The position numbers and the translations under genes were made by a program. A stretch of DNA of 61,273 nt, the filler included, from Sphacelaria rigidula (lineage: Eukaryota): assembly GCA_964200075.2 (NCBI GenBank). It is 5 parts of 5 records of this genome, joined end to end, with 100 filler letters (N's around TTAATTAATTAA, not from the genome) between each part and the next. Parts side by side here need not be neighbours in the genome. Positions count along the whole stretch, not along the records: positions 49,101 to 61,273 come from CAXNAA020004044.1; 4 more parts are not named here. One strand, written 5' to 3'. Below, in pieces: positions 49,176-61,273 of the stretch (position 1 is its first letter; the number at the start of each line of letters is the position of its first letter). The notes under the pieces are model-generated. The model was not told the origin of the DNA. It made no database searches and saw only the letters and a list, made by a program, of their open reading frames with translations.

Positions 49176-49989
49176 AGTAACAACGGGGGCCAAAATAGAA
49201 AAAAAAAATGGGGGTACAAGATGAACACAGGAGGTTGTGGTGGGTATACCTACTCCATTTTGGGAAAACGAAAAGGGTACTCGGCAAGGCCGTTGTTTCC
49301 CGCAGTGCTGTTCAGTCCTAATTTGCGCTTTTTTTTGCAAGAAAGTTGGTGTTTATGCTCTGCATGGGCTGTGTGTGAGCGCCTTGCCTTTGCGTGGGGA
49401 TTGAATTTTGAGTGGTTGGGGTCTAGCACGGACGGCTTCAACTTGGGGGTTTACCTGTAGCCGCTTTTGGACTGAAATAGGTGGTGATGTACCCACTTTC
49501 GGTTTTTGCCTTTGAAGAAATAAATGGCGACGTAGAAGTAGAAATGACCGGCTCCGGTAACATAGCTTCAGGAGACACATGGATAGAATAAGGGAGATGG
49601 CAATTATAGTCATAAACAGAAGCAAATTTGGAACGAAAGAAGGCGAAAAGTACCTTTGATCAATTAAAGGATGAGGGAACAGTACATGGTTTAGTTTCAA
49701 GGACGTGCTGTCATCCAAGAAATTATCTGATGTGAAAAATAGCTGCTTGTTGGCGTTAATGGTCGTTGTGGATGTTCTTTGATTGAATCGTTTGGCTTGT
49801 ACTGGGATTTGGTTCTCGGTTGTTTCCATCTAGTCATGAATTTCGTTTTTTGCTGCTCGGGAATAAAACAGTCTGCGCGCTTTCACCGTGTTTTGTCCAC
49901 CGTGCCGAGTTTGTGCCTTTAAAAATATATTTATTATCCCGCAATGTAATTCAATACTAGTGTCCTTGTTTTTCGCCGCTCACACGCAG

Positions 49990-60101
<10,112 letters not shown>

Positions 60102-61273
60102 TGAAGGAATCTTCCTCTTGTTTGTTTCATCAATAATAAAACCCATGCGACGCACAGTACCATATTTTTCTTCGGTAGTGTGTGTTTTTTTCTATTTATT
60201 TTATTTCGCTCGTGCTGAGGAGCAAATGTGGAATCTTGTCAGTGTTGTGTTATTCATTTATTTTTTTGCTTAGCCAGAAGCTACTATAGCTTCACCAAGT
60301 GGTGTCCGTTCGTTTATTCAGTTATTGCAGTATCTTATGCACGTGTCTTGTGTGACCACCGCTGCATTTGTGGACGGATGAGGTGATCAGTGGCGATCAA
60401 TGAATCAGCCAGCCGATCAATATATTAACAGCCCTTCATTTACAGTTGAAGAAAAATTGACAGGTTGTACCGGAGGCCGCTCGTGATGGCTCATGAGTGA
60501 ACGAAATACATGCGCGTGCATAGTGGGATCATTTGATGCACAGCCACCGAAGAGGGCTGTCTGGAGAAACGCTTTTTTACCCCCAAGTGAAACATCTTAT
60601 ATAAGAACCTTGATGACCCCTCCCCCCCTGCGCGCGCGCCCCTTTAAAATTGGCGTCGGTTGACAACGATGTTGTAAAATGCGCCGTTCACCGTGTAAGC
60701 TAGGTAGCCAGGTTATCGTTTTATCCTCACTTGCGCTTTTTTTTGCTGTAACCATGGTGGTGGTCAAGCTAGATCATATTGTACGGCGTGGGAGAACCTC
60801 AATTCCGCGCAAAGGGTATGATCACAATGCGTAGTGTTTACATGGTGAGACACGCATGAGGCAGTGGGTAACCCGTGGCTGTCTCTAGAAGTGGCGATGC
60901 CAGAGAATACAGCATCTCATTCGAGGGCTGTAATCCATGTCCAAAACAAACAGTACGCCTGTGACTGAACAATATCAGTAGATGTAGCTCACCCTTCACG
61001 GGACTCGTCGAATATATCATGGTGCTTCGCGCTTGGTGATTGATGGCGCGCCTGGTTCGGCGAAATCCCGGCGTGCTGCGTCCCAGCTTTGTAGGGATGT
61101 GACGTTAATGGTCCTGCGACTACGGCATGCAAGATCATGTGTACCCGTCCCGTCCCCCACGAGGTCAATGGTCTGATGACTATGGCATGCATGATCATGA
61201 ATATGTCCTCCCCCCACACTACACACGCAAAAGCTGTGACCGCAGTCACTAAATCCAGGTTAACTGAAATATC

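Overview
Eukaryotic, intron-rich genomic DNA. Short GC-rich exons, ~0.2-3.4 kb repeat-filled introns and the repeat content suggest a brown alga or related stramenopile (inference). The window is not contiguous genome: it is five unrelated contigs of 12,176, 12,175, 12,175, 12,174 and 12,173 bp, sorted by length and joined by an artificial 100-bp spacer (N44-TTAATTAATTAA-N44). Contig 1 holds a partial DNA ligase IV (11 exons). Contig 2 holds a partial cobalamin-dependent methionine synthase METH (9 exons). Contig 3 holds the 3' part of a CUE-like/DUF1771/Smr endonuclease-family gene on the minus strand. Contig 4 holds decayed Copia (minus) and Gypsy (plus) LTR retrotransposons joined head-to-head. 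Contig 5 holds a partial PRP16/DHX38 DEAH helicase (5 exons). Introns carry tRNA-derived SINEs, several MITE/foldback families, an RTE-type LINE remnant and a complete TRIM with LTRs, PBS, PPT and TSD. The most interesting observations are a Gypsy integrase ending in a chromo-like plus Tudor-like domain pair, and the TRIM with ~66-bp LTRs and a nested MITE. All calls are by-eye motif recognition; no searches were run, so novelty is unverified.
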